Shown: one piece after another, positions 1-8,816 of the stretch
Layout of the letters: each line of letters starts with the position of its first letter
Numbering within the stretch: position 1 is the stretch's first letter
Origin: a virus
Reading direction: 5' to 3' (one strand)
DNA: 55,946 nt
Virus record (IMG/VR): IMGVR_UViG_3300050504_000274
Translations under genes and position numbers: made by a program
The notes under the pieces: model-generated
Told to the model about the DNA's origin: nothing
The model's input: only the letters and a program-made list of their open reading frames with translations
The model's database searches: none

Positions 1-127
1 CCGCTCGGACTCACGTTGATGTTCGTCGCGATCGTGGCGCTGCCGAACGCCTCCGCCGACGCGATGCCGCTCGGGCTGACGGCGATCGTGGCGGCGATCG
101 CCGGCGTTCCGAAGGCCTCGGTGCTCG
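1..127. repeat. Terminal direct repeat, left copy (1-127 identical to 55820-55946 and to 55688-55814)
   Basis: Read base by base: ccgctcggactcacgttgatg...gaaggcctcggtgctcg is present at both contig ends. This is typical of a circular or terminally redundant genome output as a linear contig. Confidence 0.95.
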
Positions 128-1352
128 CGATGCCGCTCGGCTGGAGCGTCTCCGCGCCGAACGCCAGCACGATTATCTTGCGGTTGTTGCTGATCGGGAC
201 CGCGGTCCAGTTGATCGTGATGCCGACGTCCGGCCACGCGGCCCAGTTGCCGGTGTAGACGACGGAGCCCGAGCCGGTCACCATCCTCACGATCTTGGCG
301 TCGGCGAGCGAGGCGGTGCTCGAGGTGGCCGCGGCGTCCTGCGAGCGCGCTAGGGCGTCGCGCTCTACCGGCGTGCCGGTGCGCCCGCCGATCATGCTGA
401 TCCCGATGCAGCTCGCGGTGTCGTCCGCCAGGAACGAGTCTAGGCTGATGACCGCCGACAGCCCGCACAGTGCGGCCTGCATCTTGATGCCGGGCTCGGT
501 GTGGTTGAAGTTCCCGGTGGCGAGGCGGGAGTTCACGTTGCCGCACCACACCGGGATCCCGGGGAGCTGGAGCGCCAGGACGGCGGTGTCCGGCAGCGCG
601 TTGTTCTGGGTGTTGTTCGTGAGCGTGAAGCCGGTCGAGCTGAACGCCGTGATCTTCCCGGTGTCCGCGAAGTCCGGGCTGGCGAGGCAGTTCGTCTCGC
701 TCATCAGGAGGACCGGCGCGGCGTCGGCGATGTTGTCCGGATCGCGCCAGACCATGCAGGCGTTCTTGATCGACGGCGCGCGCGTGGCGAAGAAGAGGAC
801 CATCTCCGACGACGCGGCGGAGGCGCTCGTGCCGAAGGGTCCGGGGCCGATCCCGATGAGGGCGTCGGGCTGGAAGCTGAGCGACGAGATAGTCGTGGAG
901 AGCGTCGGGCCGGTCACGTCTACGATCGCCGCCAGGGCCGCACTGCCGCCGTAGAACTGGAGATTGATGATCCACGCCGTCGGGGGCGCGGTCGGCGTGC
1001 CGGCCGAGTTGAACCAGGAGAGCTTCACGCCGTTCGTCACGGCCGAGATGGTGGCGTAGGCGGCCACCGCGCCGGTCCCGTCGAGCACGACGAAGAAGCG
1101 GTCGTTCCGCTTGACCTGGTACGTGTCCATCGTGGCCTGCGCGTTCTCGCTGTAGAACGACTTGCCGCGGGTGTTCGTACCGTCCCAGATGCCGGTGGAG
1201 ATCACGCCGTGAGACACCGACGTGCCGTCGGTCGTCCCGAGCGAGAGCGTGCCGAAGCAGCCCGCCACGGTCCCGAAGCTCGAGATCGTGACGTCCTGGG
1301 TCGTGGCGCCGGTGTTGGCCGTCGCCTTGACGTCTTCGATGAGTGACTGCAC
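1..1352 (-). CDS. Repeat-containing fibre-like virion protein, N-terminal part; the gene wraps the contig junction and continues 55819->54616
   Basis: Absent from the ORF track because it has no stop on this side. The reverse strand is open from GTG 1352 (GGAGAG 7 nt upstream) to base 1 (450 codons + 2 nt), and is in frame with ORF 54616..55833 when base 1 is joined to 55819. The ~400-aa Thr/Ser/Gly-rich N-terminal domain starts VQSLIEDVKATANTGATTQDVTISSFG. Confidence 0.75.
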   Translation of the reverse strand, partial: MQSLIEDVKATANTGATTQDVTISSFGTVAGCFGTLSLGTTDGTSVSHGVISTGIWDGTNTRGKSFYSENAQATMDTYQVKRNDRFFVVLDGTGAVAAYATISAVTNGVKLSWFNSAGTPTAPPTAWIINLQFYGGSAALAAIVDVTGPTLSTTISSLSFQPDALIGIGPGPFGTSASAASSEMVLFFATRAPSIKNACMVWRDPDNIADAAPVLLMSETNCLASPDFADTGKITAFSSTGFTLTNNTQNNALPDTAVLALQLPGIPVWCGNVNSRLATGNFNHTEPGIKMQAALCGLSAVISLDSFLADDTASCIGISMIGGRTGTPVERDALARSQDAAATSSTASLADAKIVRMVTGSGSVVYTGNWAAWPDVGITINWTAVPISNNRKIIVLAFGAETLQPSGIASTEAFGTPAIAATIAVSPSGIASAEAFGSATIATNINVSPS

Positions 1353-1384
1353 CCGGCCGCTCTCCTCGGACCCTCAGCTCCCTC

Positions 1385-1801
1385 TCAGAGCTTGAAGATC
1401 TTGTTCGAGCCGTTGTCCCACTGGACGGTGATGTCGCCGCCGTTCGGGGTGACCGGCAGGTTCGTCGCCGTGTCGATGAACGCGAGCAGCGCGGACGTAG
1501 AGGCCGTGCCGGTGTCCTTGTAGATCACCAGATACTCGGACTGGACGCCGGAGACCGCCGTGAACGTGAAGTCCGCCGCGTCGGCCACGCCGGCCGTGTT
1601 CGTCTTGCTCGCGAGGTTGCCGGAGGTCGCGATGCGGGCGCCCGAGGGGATGTCGCTCAGGAACTCGTGGGTCGCGAGGTTCACGGTGTACGCGCCGGAG
1701 TCGACGAGCACGACCTTGATGTTGTCGTTGATCCAGTTCACCTGGCCGGAGGCGGGTCCGAGGAACTTCTCCCGGCCCTTGTCGTAGAGTGCGTTCGCCA
1801 T
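1385..1801 (-). CDS. Conserved phage virion-module protein, function unknown (138 aa)
   Basis: ORF track shows balanced composition (MANALYDKGREKFLG...IKVVLVDSGAYTVNLATHEFLSDI...). It sits between the connector genes and the fibre gene. I recall this N-terminal pattern from other phage structural modules but cannot name a family. Confidence 0.8.
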   Translation of the reverse strand: MANALYDKGREKFLGPASGQVNWINDNIKVVLVDSGAYTVNLATHEFLSDIPSGARIATSGNLASKTNTAGVADAADFTFTAVSGVQSEYLVIYKDTGTASTSALLAFIDTATNLPVTPNGGDITVQWDNGSNKIFKL

Positions 1802-1804
1802 GTC

Positions 1805-2359
1805 TCAGTCCTCGAAGATGCTGCCTCGGCAGCGGTTGCGGATCCTGGTCCGGAGGGAGTCTCCGGGTCGCGGCGCGGGCGTCAGCCTCGTGCCGTCGAA
1901 GGTCTTGATCGAGGTCTCGTCGGGGACGCTCTCCTCGGCGGAGAGGATCTCCATGTCCTCCTCGATCTGGTTCTCGAGCCGGTGGATCTCCTTGTCCAGC
2001 GTGGTCGGCCCTCGCTCGCGGAACGGCGCCTCCTCGTTCCAGATCCTCTGCGCGGCGCCGGAGGCGTCCATGAAGAGGTTCGGGAGCTTGCGGAGGAGCT
2101 GCACGTAGACGATGTTCGTCTCGACCTGGTTCGCCAGCGCGCGGAGTACCTCGTCCCCGCTGACGGGGTTGTCGACGAACGCGATCGCGGAGAGCTGCGC
2201 GACCCGCTGCGCGCCCAGACGCCGGTTGAAGTCCAGGCGCGCCTTCAGGATCGCCTCGTTCAGGATCGCGAGGGTGTCCTCGCGGCTGCCGGGGACGCCC
2301 GAGAGGCGCACGCTCTTCTTCAGCGTGTCCAGGTCTGCGACGAACAGCGGGTCGGTCAC
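1805..2359 (-). CDS. Putative head-tail connector/adaptor protein (184 aa)
   Basis: Real-looking ORF three genes downstream of the major capsid gene. The function is inferred from size and position only. Confidence 0.5.
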   Translation of the reverse strand: MTDPLFVADLDTLKKSVRLSGVPGSREDTLAILNEAILKARLDFNRRLGAQRVAQLSAIAFVDNPVSGDEVLRALANQVETNIVYVQLLRKLPNLFMDASGAAQRIWNEEAPFRERGPTTLDKEIHRLENQIEEDMEILSAEESVPDETSIKTFDGTRLTPAPRPGDSLRTRIRNRCRGSIFED

Positions 2360-2370
2360 GGCTCAGCCCC

Positions 2371-2937
2371 TCACTCGGCCTTCGGCGGTTGCGCCTGGGC
2401 GCGCTCGCGCGCGCGCTCGAGGGCCGCTCTCGCGTTGGCGGACAGGTCCGGGCTGCCGGCGTCCTTGGTCCCCTCGACCGAGATCACCTTGCCGTCCTCC
2501 CGCCTGACCGAGGTGGTCCGCAGCGGGGCGGGGCGGCTCTTGTCGGACGCCAGCGCGAGGTCCTCGCGGAAGGCCGGGTGCCAGTCCGCGGTGAGCTGGG
2601 TCGCCGCGTCCGAGAGGCTCGAGATCCGCTCGACCGAGTAGTCCGGGTCGATCTCGACGATCATCACCAGGAGGTCCTCGAGCGTCTTGCCGACGATCGA
2701 GCCGGGGTCCACGCTCCACTTGCCGCGCTTGGCGGCCGCCGCGATCGCGCTCTCCCGGACGCTGGTGATCGGCTCGATCACGCCCTGCTCGAGCAGGCTC
2801 GCGACCTGCTCCGGCGTCAGCATCCCCTCGGGCACGATCTCGCCCTGACCGATGAAGTCGCTCGCCGCCTTGATCCCGGGCTTGCGCTCCGTGCGCGGGC
2901 GTCTGATGGTTCCCCGCGCGACCTTGAACTGTTCCAC
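2371..2937 (-). CDS. Hypothetical virion-module protein (188 aa)
   Basis: GTG start preceded by GGAGGCAATC. Non-biased composition. It is the first gene after the post-capsid hairpin. Confidence 0.75.
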   Translation of the reverse strand: MEQFKVARGTIRRPRTERKPGIKAASDFIGQGEIVPEGMLTPEQVASLLEQGVIEPITSVRESAIAAAAKRGKWSVDPGSIVGKTLEDLLVMIVEIDPDYSVERISSLSDAATQLTADWHPAFREDLALASDKSRPAPLRTTSVRREDGKVISVEGTKDAGSPDLSANARAALERARERAQAQPPKAE

Positions 2938-2975
2938 GATTGCCTCCGTTTGTTCTGGTGTCTGCCTCCGGCGGT

Positions 2976-3022
2976 GAGAGAAAGACAGGGGCCGGACGCT
3001 CGCCGGGCGCGCCCGGCCCCTG
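2976..3022 (-). terminator. Intrinsic terminator/attenuator just downstream of the major capsid gene
   Basis: 10-bp perfect GC stem (caggggccgg 2986-2995 / ccggcccctg 3013-3022), followed in the transcribed sense by TCTTTCTCTC (2976-2985). Confidence 0.6.
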
Positions 3023-3040
3023 GTAGGGATCAGTCTCGGA

Positions 3041-4105
3041 TCAGACGACCTTCATCGAGACGCTCGCGTCGGGGCGCCGCATGCAGGGCAGCGGGTTCGA
3101 CTCGACGAGCAGCATCCTGGCGGACGGGTCTTCCTCTTCCCAGCTCTTCGAGAAGCGCTTGGACTGGAGGACCTGGCCCGCGCCGATCGCCTTCATGTCC
3201 TCGATCGCGCCGTAGTACGTGACGAACTGCGCGGCCGGGGTGCGGGCGACGAACTCGGCGTGGTCGGGACGGATGAGGCTGACGGCCGAGCCGGCGACCG
3301 AGACCTGGCGAGCGTATCGCCAGACACGGATCCCGTGCACGTACACGCCGAGCAGCATCGCGCCCGACTCCTGGTACTGGTTGTTGAGGTCGATCGCGCC
3401 CGTCTTGAGCGCGACGCCCGTGTTGAGGTTCAGGCGCTCCTGCACCTCGTCGACCGCCAGGAATGCGTCCGCGGCGTCCGCGCCGAGGATCACGTCCGTG
3501 CAGTTCAGGGACACGTCGTCGTTGATGAGCGTCGCCGCGTCCATGAAGTCCTGCGCCGGCTTCGCCGTGCTCGCGGCCGACCACAGGTCGCCGCCGGTGA
3601 GGGTCACGTCGTGGGACGCCGAGCGCGGGAAGGTCACGGTGATGGACTCCTCGTCGGAGACGCTGTAGCTGATCTGGCCGCGGAGGGCCAGGGCGCACAG
3701 GTACTCTTCCGAGTTCGTCACGTCGTCCATGAGCATCCCCAGCTCGTCGGCCATGTACTGTCGCATGGCCGCCTGGATCCCGCCCGCGTCGATGTGGATG
3801 ACCGAGCCCGGGCGCCGCTTGTTCAGCAGCTCGCTCGGATTCATCGGCCGCTTCACGCGGATGTGGGCGGGCTGGACGATGCGGAACTCCTCGTTCCGGC
3901 CGTCCGTCATCAGGGCCGCCCCGTTGCGCTTCACGAACGGAGCGATCTTCCGGCCGCGCCGGAGGAAGCTCAGTTCGATCTGCCGGGTCGGCACCGTGAC
4001 GTCGCGGCCGAAGAGGAGGTTCTTCAGCATCGAGTTCGGGGCCTTCATCTCGTTCACAGCAGGCGTGAGCGTGCTGTAACTGAGGATGTCTGCACTGGTG
4101 GGCAT
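3041..4105 (-). CDS. Major capsid protein, lambda gpE-like family
   Basis: 354 aa. N-terminal pattern (LKNLLFGRDVTVPTRQIELSFLRRGRKIAPFVKRNG) resembles the phage major capsid protein E family. Flanked by decoration and protease-scaffold genes. Confidence 0.85.
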   Translation of the reverse strand: MPTSADILSYSTLTPAVNEMKAPNSMLKNLLFGRDVTVPTRQIELSFLRRGRKIAPFVKRNGAALMTDGRNEEFRIVQPAHIRVKRPMNPSELLNKRRPGSVIHIDAGGIQAAMRQYMADELGMLMDDVTNSEEYLCALALRGQISYSVSDEESITVTFPRSASHDVTLTGGDLWSAASTAKPAQDFMDAATLINDDVSLNCTDVILGADAADAFLAVDEVQERLNLNTGVALKTGAIDLNNQYQESGAMLLGVYVHGIRVWRYARQVSVAGSAVSLIRPDHAEFVARTPAAQFVTYYGAIEDMKAIGAGQVLQSKRFSKSWEEEDPSARMLLVESNPLPCMRRPDASVSMKVV

Positions 4106-4156
4106 TGTCTGTCTCCTTGTCTTGGTAGCGTGCTTCTCAGTTGTTCAGCACTTGGA

Positions 4157-4906
4157 TCAGTGGACGCCTGCGAGGCCCTGGACGTCGATCCCCTTCTTGC
4201 GCAGCTCGGCGTCGAGCAGCGCCTCGTCGAGGTCGGCCTGGGACTCGCCGGTCGGGACCGGGATGTCGTCGCGGTGGATGAGGCCGCGACGGAAGACCTG
4301 GATCAGCGTCTCGCCGGCGGCGAGCGCGAGGTGCGGCTGCTCGGGCGCCCAGAGGAACCCGTCGATCGCCGCGCCGTCGGACGGCGAGACGCCGCCCTGC
4401 TGGCTCGTGGCGAAGACGTGCGGGTTGCCCGTCAGGCCCGCCATGTTGGCGGTGATGATGACGTCCTGGCCGGCGAACGCGCCGCCCCAGGTGAGGGTCA
4501 CGACGTGCGAGCCGGTGCCCAGGTTCGCGCCCGGGCCGCTGTCAACCGCCGCGACGTCACCCGGGGCGACGTTCGAGAGGGCCTCGAGCGCGGCCTGGAC
4601 CGCCGCGGCGTTCGCGTTGAACGCGATGCCCGCCGTGGTCTGGCCGTTCACCGTGAGGGTGAAGGTCCCGGCCGTCGCCGGGGTCGCGGCCGAGGTGATG
4701 GTGTTCACCTCGTTCGACTGCCCGACCCAGACGGCCCACTGGCCGGCCGCGTCGTCGTAGAAGAGCGGGGTGAGGTTCGGGAGCGAGCGGTCGGGCGAGT
4801 AGGAAGCGAGCTTGCCGGGACGGATGCCGTCCTCGCGCGGGAAGGCCCGCAGGTTCGGGGTCTGATTGACGGCAGCCCCGAACAGCTCTTGCGATTGCAG
4901 TGCCAT
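4157..4906 (-). CDS. Head decoration protein (lambda gpD-like) with an inserted Gly/Ala/Thr-rich domain
   Basis: 249 aa, immediately upstream of the capsid gene. C-terminal LIQVFRRGLIHRDDI-type segment, plus an internal TFTLTVNGQTTAGIAFNANAAAVQAALEAL module as seen in decoration proteins. Confidence 0.6.
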   Translation of the reverse strand: MALQSQELFGAAVNQTPNLRAFPREDGIRPGKLASYSPDRSLPNLTPLFYDDAAGQWAVWVGQSNEVNTITSAATPATAGTFTLTVNGQTTAGIAFNANAAAVQAALEALSNVAPGDVAAVDSGPGANLGTGSHVVTLTWGGAFAGQDVIITANMAGLTGNPHVFATSQQGGVSPSDGAAIDGFLWAPEQPHLALAAGETLIQVFRRGLIHRDDIPVPTGESQADLDEALLDAELRKKGIDVQGLAGVH

Positions 4907-4956
4907 TGTCTGTTCTCCTTGTAGCTGGTGGTGGTGATCTCAGCGGGTGGCGTCGA

Positions 4957-6369
4957 TCAGGACTTCACGAGCCGCATGCCGGCCGCCTGGCCGCGCTGCT
5001 CGTTGAAGAGGTTCGCGATCGCCCGACCCTCGTCGGCCGCCGCCTTGGCGACCGCCTCGATCGAGTCCTCGCCGGTCGCGGGCGCGGCGGGCGCGTTGGA
5101 GCGCCGCTTCGCCTTGAAGAGCTGCTGCTTGAGGCTGCGGACCTCGGGCGAGTCTCCGGCCTCGACGCCGGTCTCCTCGTCGGAGGGCTCGCTGGCCGTG
5201 AGCGACTTGCGCAGCTCGGCCACCTTGTCGGCGGAGAGCTTGCCGCTCTTCAGCGACTTGTTCAGCTCGTAGGAGCGCAGCTCCTTCTCGAACGACTCGA
5301 GGTCGCTCGGGTTGGTGGCGTCGCCCTTGAACTCCGGGGCGGCGGGAGCGCCCTTGTCGGCCTCCGGCTCGCCTGCGACGGCGGACTTCACCATCGCGAC
5401 CATCTCCGCCTTGAAGCCGGAGAGGATCTCGGCCATTTCTTCCTTGGTCATCTCGATCTCCTGGTTGTTGACGTCGCGCGACTTTCCGAGACTGTCGGCG
5501 ACGCGCTTCGCGGCGGCCTTGGACTCTGCCTGATCGAACGCCGCTTGTCCGAACAGACTCACGCCGTCCAGCTCGCCGCTACGGCAGGCCTTCTGTAGGA
5601 CGGGATTCTCCAGCTTGACGAGGGTGGCCCAGGCGCCCGTGAGGTCGCCGGCCGGACTCCCGTCGTAGCGCTTCCAGTCGGAGAAGCGCTCGTCGCCCTT
5701 CGCGACGATGAACGACTCCGCGACGTAGGCGTCCTGGGTCGACAGGACTCGGCCGTCGTGCTCGATGTCGAGCGTGCGGTGGTCGCGGTTGTACGAGTGG
5801 CACGCGGCCTTGATGACCGCCGCCGAGGCGAAGTGGCCGTCGTCGTCCTCCTGGTTCGGGGCGTAGACCACCGCGAGCAGCTCGCTCTGGCCGACCGCCT
5901 TCGCGATCGCCTCGAGGCAGAACTGGCCGTCGCCCTTGAGGACCGTGGTGAAGCCGTTCTTGCCCTGCTTGCAGAGCGCGATGCGCGTGACGTCGAGCGC
6001 GCGGATGCGCCGGGCCTTCGCGGTCGGCTCGCCGTCCACCGCGATGTTCGGGAACTTCTTGCGAACGGCCGCCTTCACGCGGGCGATCAGCTCCGGGTCG
6101 CCGTTCTGCGCCGCGCGGGCGAGGGCGTTGCGCGCGTGCGCCTCGTCCTCGATGGGGTAGGACTCGTCGGGTCCGGCGAAGTCCTGGTGGGGGATCTTCT
6201 TGCGGGCGGCCGCGTCGAGGACGGACTTCTTCATCTCCTGCCACTTCTGGTACGCCACGGCTAGCCTCTGTTGCTCGTCCGGGAACTCCGCCTGCATCGC
6301 CGCGTCCTCCATGAACCGGGCTACGAAGGCGCTCTGCGCCTCGTCGGGGCCGGGGTGCGGCATGGGCAT
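4957..6369 (-). CDS. Prohead protease (XkdF-like) fused to a scaffold-like C-terminal region
   Basis: 470 aa. LLAVVYAPNQEDDDGHFASAAVIKAACHSYNRDHRTLDIEHDG matches the XkdF-type putative serine protease pattern. The C-terminal half is charged and coiled-coil-like (scaffold). Confidence 0.7.
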   Translation of the reverse strand: MPMPHPGPDEAQSAFVARFMEDAAMQAEFPDEQQRLAVAYQKWQEMKKSVLDAAARKKIPHQDFAGPDESYPIEDEAHARNALARAAQNGDPELIARVKAAVRKKFPNIAVDGEPTAKARRIRALDVTRIALCKQGKNGFTTVLKGDGQFCLEAIAKAVGQSELLAVVYAPNQEDDDGHFASAAVIKAACHSYNRDHRTLDIEHDGRVLSTQDAYVAESFIVAKGDERFSDWKRYDGSPAGDLTGAWATLVKLENPVLQKACRSGELDGVSLFGQAAFDQAESKAAAKRVADSLGKSRDVNNQEIEMTKEEMAEILSGFKAEMVAMVKSAVAGEPEADKGAPAAPEFKGDATNPSDLESFEKELRSYELNKSLKSGKLSADKVAELRKSLTASEPSDEETGVEAGDSPEVRSLKQQLFKAKRRSNAPAAPATGEDSIEAVAKAAADEGRAIANLFNEQRGQAAGMRLVKS

Positions 6370-6392
6370 CGTTCAGGAAATCCGAGAAATGA

Positions 6393-6407
6393 CTGCCATC
6401 TGGGCAG
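6393..6407. promoter_or_regulatory. Palindromic operator-like site CTGCCATCTGGGCAG
   Basis: CTGCC-N5-GGCAG in the 120-bp divergent region between the protease-scaffold (6369, -) and portal (6490, +) starts. Confidence 0.5.
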
Positions 6408-6425
6408 CCAGAGGGGTAAGATACC

Positions 6426-6440
6426 CTGCCATCCTGGCAG
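6426..6440. promoter_or_regulatory. Palindromic operator-like site CTGCCATCCTGGCAG
   Basis: Perfect CTGCCA-N3-TGGCAG, 33 bp centre-to-centre from the first site. Confidence 0.5.
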
Positions 6441-6489
6441 CCCGCCAGAGAATTCTCGGGAAAACCGTTCGAGGGGATAGATCACTCCC

Positions 6490-8115
6490 ATGACCGAGGC
6501 GACGCCCGCACCGGAGGGCCAAGACCCCTCCTTCAAGCTCATCACCTCCGACCGCAAGACCCGCGACATCTTCGGCACGGAGGGGGTGCTCTACAAGCTC
6601 CTCCGGAAGTCGGTCGCGAAGGAGGACCCCCGGGACCGCACCAACCAGGGCGTCGCCGTAGGGGTGAAGCCGCCGCTGATGGACAAGTTCGTGGCGCGGG
6701 AGCTGCGCGACGCGAACACCACGCACGGCGCCTGCATCGACGCGAAGGCGAGCGCCACGGTCGGGCTCGGCCACCGCGACGAGAAGATCCACGAGGTCCT
6801 CGACCCGCTCTGCCAGTTCTCGTGGCAGGACACGCTCGACGCGCTGGCCGACGACTACTGGGAGACCGGCGAGTGCTTCCTCGAGGCGGTGATGGACGAG
6901 AACAACCCCAACCTGGTCACCGGCCTGCACCACGTCGAGTCGGCGCAGTGCGAGATCGAGGTCGAAGAGGAGAACAACAGCGAGGACTACCACTACGTCG
7001 TGCGCGGAGAGACGGCGGCCGCGCAGCTCAGCATCATGGCGAAGTGGGGAGACCTCGCGCAGCTCAAGGCGCGCTTCAACGTGCAGCAGAACGGCCAGCA
7101 GGATCCGAACGCCGTGAACGCGAACGACGGCCAGCAGGCGCGGCACCGCGGGACGATCGGAGGCCAGATCAAGAACTCGCAGATCATCCACATCCGCCAG
7201 AGCCGCAACCGCTCGCGGTGGTACGGCTTCCCGGACTACATGTCCGCCGTGCCCTCGATCGAGCTGGTGCAGTGCATGACGCAGCACGAGTTCGACTTCT
7301 ACTTCAACCGCGCGGTGCCGGAGTTCCTCGCCTTCCTGATCGGCACGAGCACGAACAGCGCGACGTGGAAGAAGTTCGAGGACATGATGCGCGCGAACCA
7401 GGGGCTCGGCCAGTCGCACAAGAGCTGCGCCGTGCAGATCCCGGGCTCGCCGACGGAGAACGTCGTCCAGATCGAGCGCCTCGCGATGGAGGACAGCGGC
7501 AAGGACGGCTTCAGCGACAAGTCGATGACGCTCGCCATGCTCATCACCACGTCGCACGGCGTGCCCCCGATGCTGGCGAACGTCGCCCTGCCGGCGAAGA
7601 TCGGCGCGGTGAACGAGGGGCCGAACGCGCTCATGCTGATCCAGAAGCGCAAGATCGGGCCTGCCCAGCGGAACTTCAGCACGATCCTCGCGCGGACGCT
7701 CGGGTCCCAGGACACGCTGCTGAACCAGGAGGACGGCACGCCGGTACAGCTCTCGGCCGCGCAGTTCCTCGGCAAGTCGTCGGTCGCCAAGGCGCCGGCC
7801 TCCCCGGTCGCGAAGGCGGCGGGCGCGCTCGGCCCCACCTCGGCGCAGTCGACGAGCGGCCCGGTGGTCGCCGCCCCGGACCCGAACGCGGCCGCGCTCG
7901 GCGTCGGCGGGCCGACGGACGAGAACGGCATGCCGATCCACGTCACGCCCGGCAACGGCTTCAAGACGATCCTCGACGGGATGACGCCCGCGGCGGCCAA
8001 CACGATCGCGAGCATGCGGCAGCCGCTCACCGGCAGCGGTCGCGACCCGAACGCCGGCCTGCTCGGCGGCTCGAGCGATCGCCAGCCCGGCGACCCGCTC
8101 AACACCGGCCACTGA
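6490..8115 (+). CDS. Portal protein
   Basis: 541 aa. WYGFPDYMSAVPSIELVQCMTQHEFDFYFNRAVPEFL and the downstream region resemble the Phage_portal (PBSX/P2-Q type) family. Divergent from the head operon. Confidence 0.85.
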   Translation: MTEATPAPEGQDPSFKLITSDRKTRDIFGTEGVLYKLLRKSVAKEDPRDRTNQGVAVGVKPPLMDKFVARELRDANTTHGACIDAKASATVGLGHRDEKIHEVLDPLCQFSWQDTLDALADDYWETGECFLEAVMDENNPNLVTGLHHVESAQCEIEVEEENNSEDYHYVVRGETAAAQLSIMAKWGDLAQLKARFNVQQNGQQDPNAVNANDGQQARHRGTIGGQIKNSQIIHIRQSRNRSRWYGFPDYMSAVPSIELVQCMTQHEFDFYFNRAVPEFLAFLIGTSTNSATWKKFEDMMRANQGLGQSHKSCAVQIPGSPTENVVQIERLAMEDSGKDGFSDKSMTLAMLITTSHGVPPMLANVALPAKIGAVNEGPNALMLIQKRKIGPAQRNFSTILARTLGSQDTLLNQEDGTPVQLSAAQFLGKSSVAKAPASPVAKAAGALGPTSAQSTSGPVVAAPDPNAAALGVGGPTDENGMPIHVTPGNGFKTILDGMTPAAANTIASMRQPLTGSGRDPNAGLLGGSSDRQPGDPLNTGH

Positions 8116-8666
8116 TGGCGGACCGCGCGTCGCTCTACTCCAGGATCCTGACGGCCTACGGGACGTCGGAGCTGGAGCGCGTCAAGCTGCTGATCGGCTC
8201 GCGCACGCTGCGCGACGCGATCCGGCTGATCGTGGACGTGAACGAGGGCCGCGCCGAGCTGTACATACCACACTACTGGGCGCTGTACTACCACGACGGC
8301 CGCAGGGGCGTGCGCCCGATCCTGGCGAGCAAGCTGGTCTTCTTCGCCGACCCGCACGACGACCCGCGGCTCGCGGGCGGCTACCCGGAGCGCGACTTCG
8401 ACATCCGCACGCTCACGCGCGAGGAGTACGAGGCCGGGCTCGAGGAGAACCGGAAGCGCCGCGAGGTCGGGCTCGGGCCGTTCATGTTCGTGGTCGACGC
8501 AACCGGGCCGGCGGCCGCGCACCCGTTCTTCGACCAGCTCGCGAACAACGCGGCGTCTAGGGCGGACCTGGCGTTCGGCCGCGGGCTCGACGAGTGGATC
8601 CAGGAGATGGTCGACACCGACCCTGCGGTGCGCGCCGAGCGCGGCACGGCGGAGTTCTTCCTGTGA
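8115..8666 (+). CDS. Portal-adjacent virion protein (183 aa), possibly a head-tail joining or minor head protein
   Basis: The ATG at 8115 shares one base with the portal stop (TGATG). MADRASLYSRILTAYG...YIPHYWALYYHDGRRGVRP. This is the real part of the longer biased ORF 6822..8666. Confidence 0.65.
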   Translation: MADRASLYSRILTAYGTSELERVKLLIGSRTLRDAIRLIVDVNEGRAELYIPHYWALYYHDGRRGVRPILASKLVFFADPHDDPRLAGGYPERDFDIRTLTREEYEAGLEENRKRREVGLGPFMFVVDATGPAAAHPFFDQLANNAASRADLAFGRGLDEWIQEMVDTDPAVRAERGTAEFFL

Positions 8667-8672
8667 AGTAGA

Positions 8673-8700
8673 GCGGGCCGGAGATCGCTCCCCGGCCCGC
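8673..8700. terminator. GC-rich stem-loop in a convergent intergenic region (putative bidirectional terminator)
   Basis: gcgggccgg (8673-8681) / ccggcccgc (8692-8700), 10-nt loop. A second small hairpin, acgccgcttcggcgt, lies at 8709-8723. No clear U-tract. Confidence 0.45.
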
Positions 8701-8816
8701 CTCGGTTCACGCCGCTTCGGCGTACTGGTAGTTGGCACTTGACTTGTGGCACCACCTGCCGAACAATCTCGTCTCTCGCGAGCAGTATACCTGCTCGACT
8801 CGAGAAGGTCAAGTTC

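Noticed and set aside
6373-8112. 579-aa minus-strand ORF antisense to the portal gene. The same applies to 6822..8114 (+), 11970..13907 (-), 12056..13885 (+), 15167..17299 (+), 18789..20699 (+), 22803..24935 (+), 35069..35940, 37894..39058 and 40575..42215 (+)
   Set aside because: All have Arg/Ala/Gly/Pro-biased, motif-free translations and overlap ORFs with clear catalytic or structural signatures. They are treated as shadow ORFs.
8733-8747. Sigma54-like element TGGCAC-N5-TTGT on the plus strand, also readable as TTGACT-N17-AACAAT
   Set aside because: The invariant GC of the -12 element is TTGT rather than TTGC. No plus-strand gene follows, since this is a convergent terminator region. The alternative -10 is poor. 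An antisense promoter cannot be excluded, but I have no support for one.
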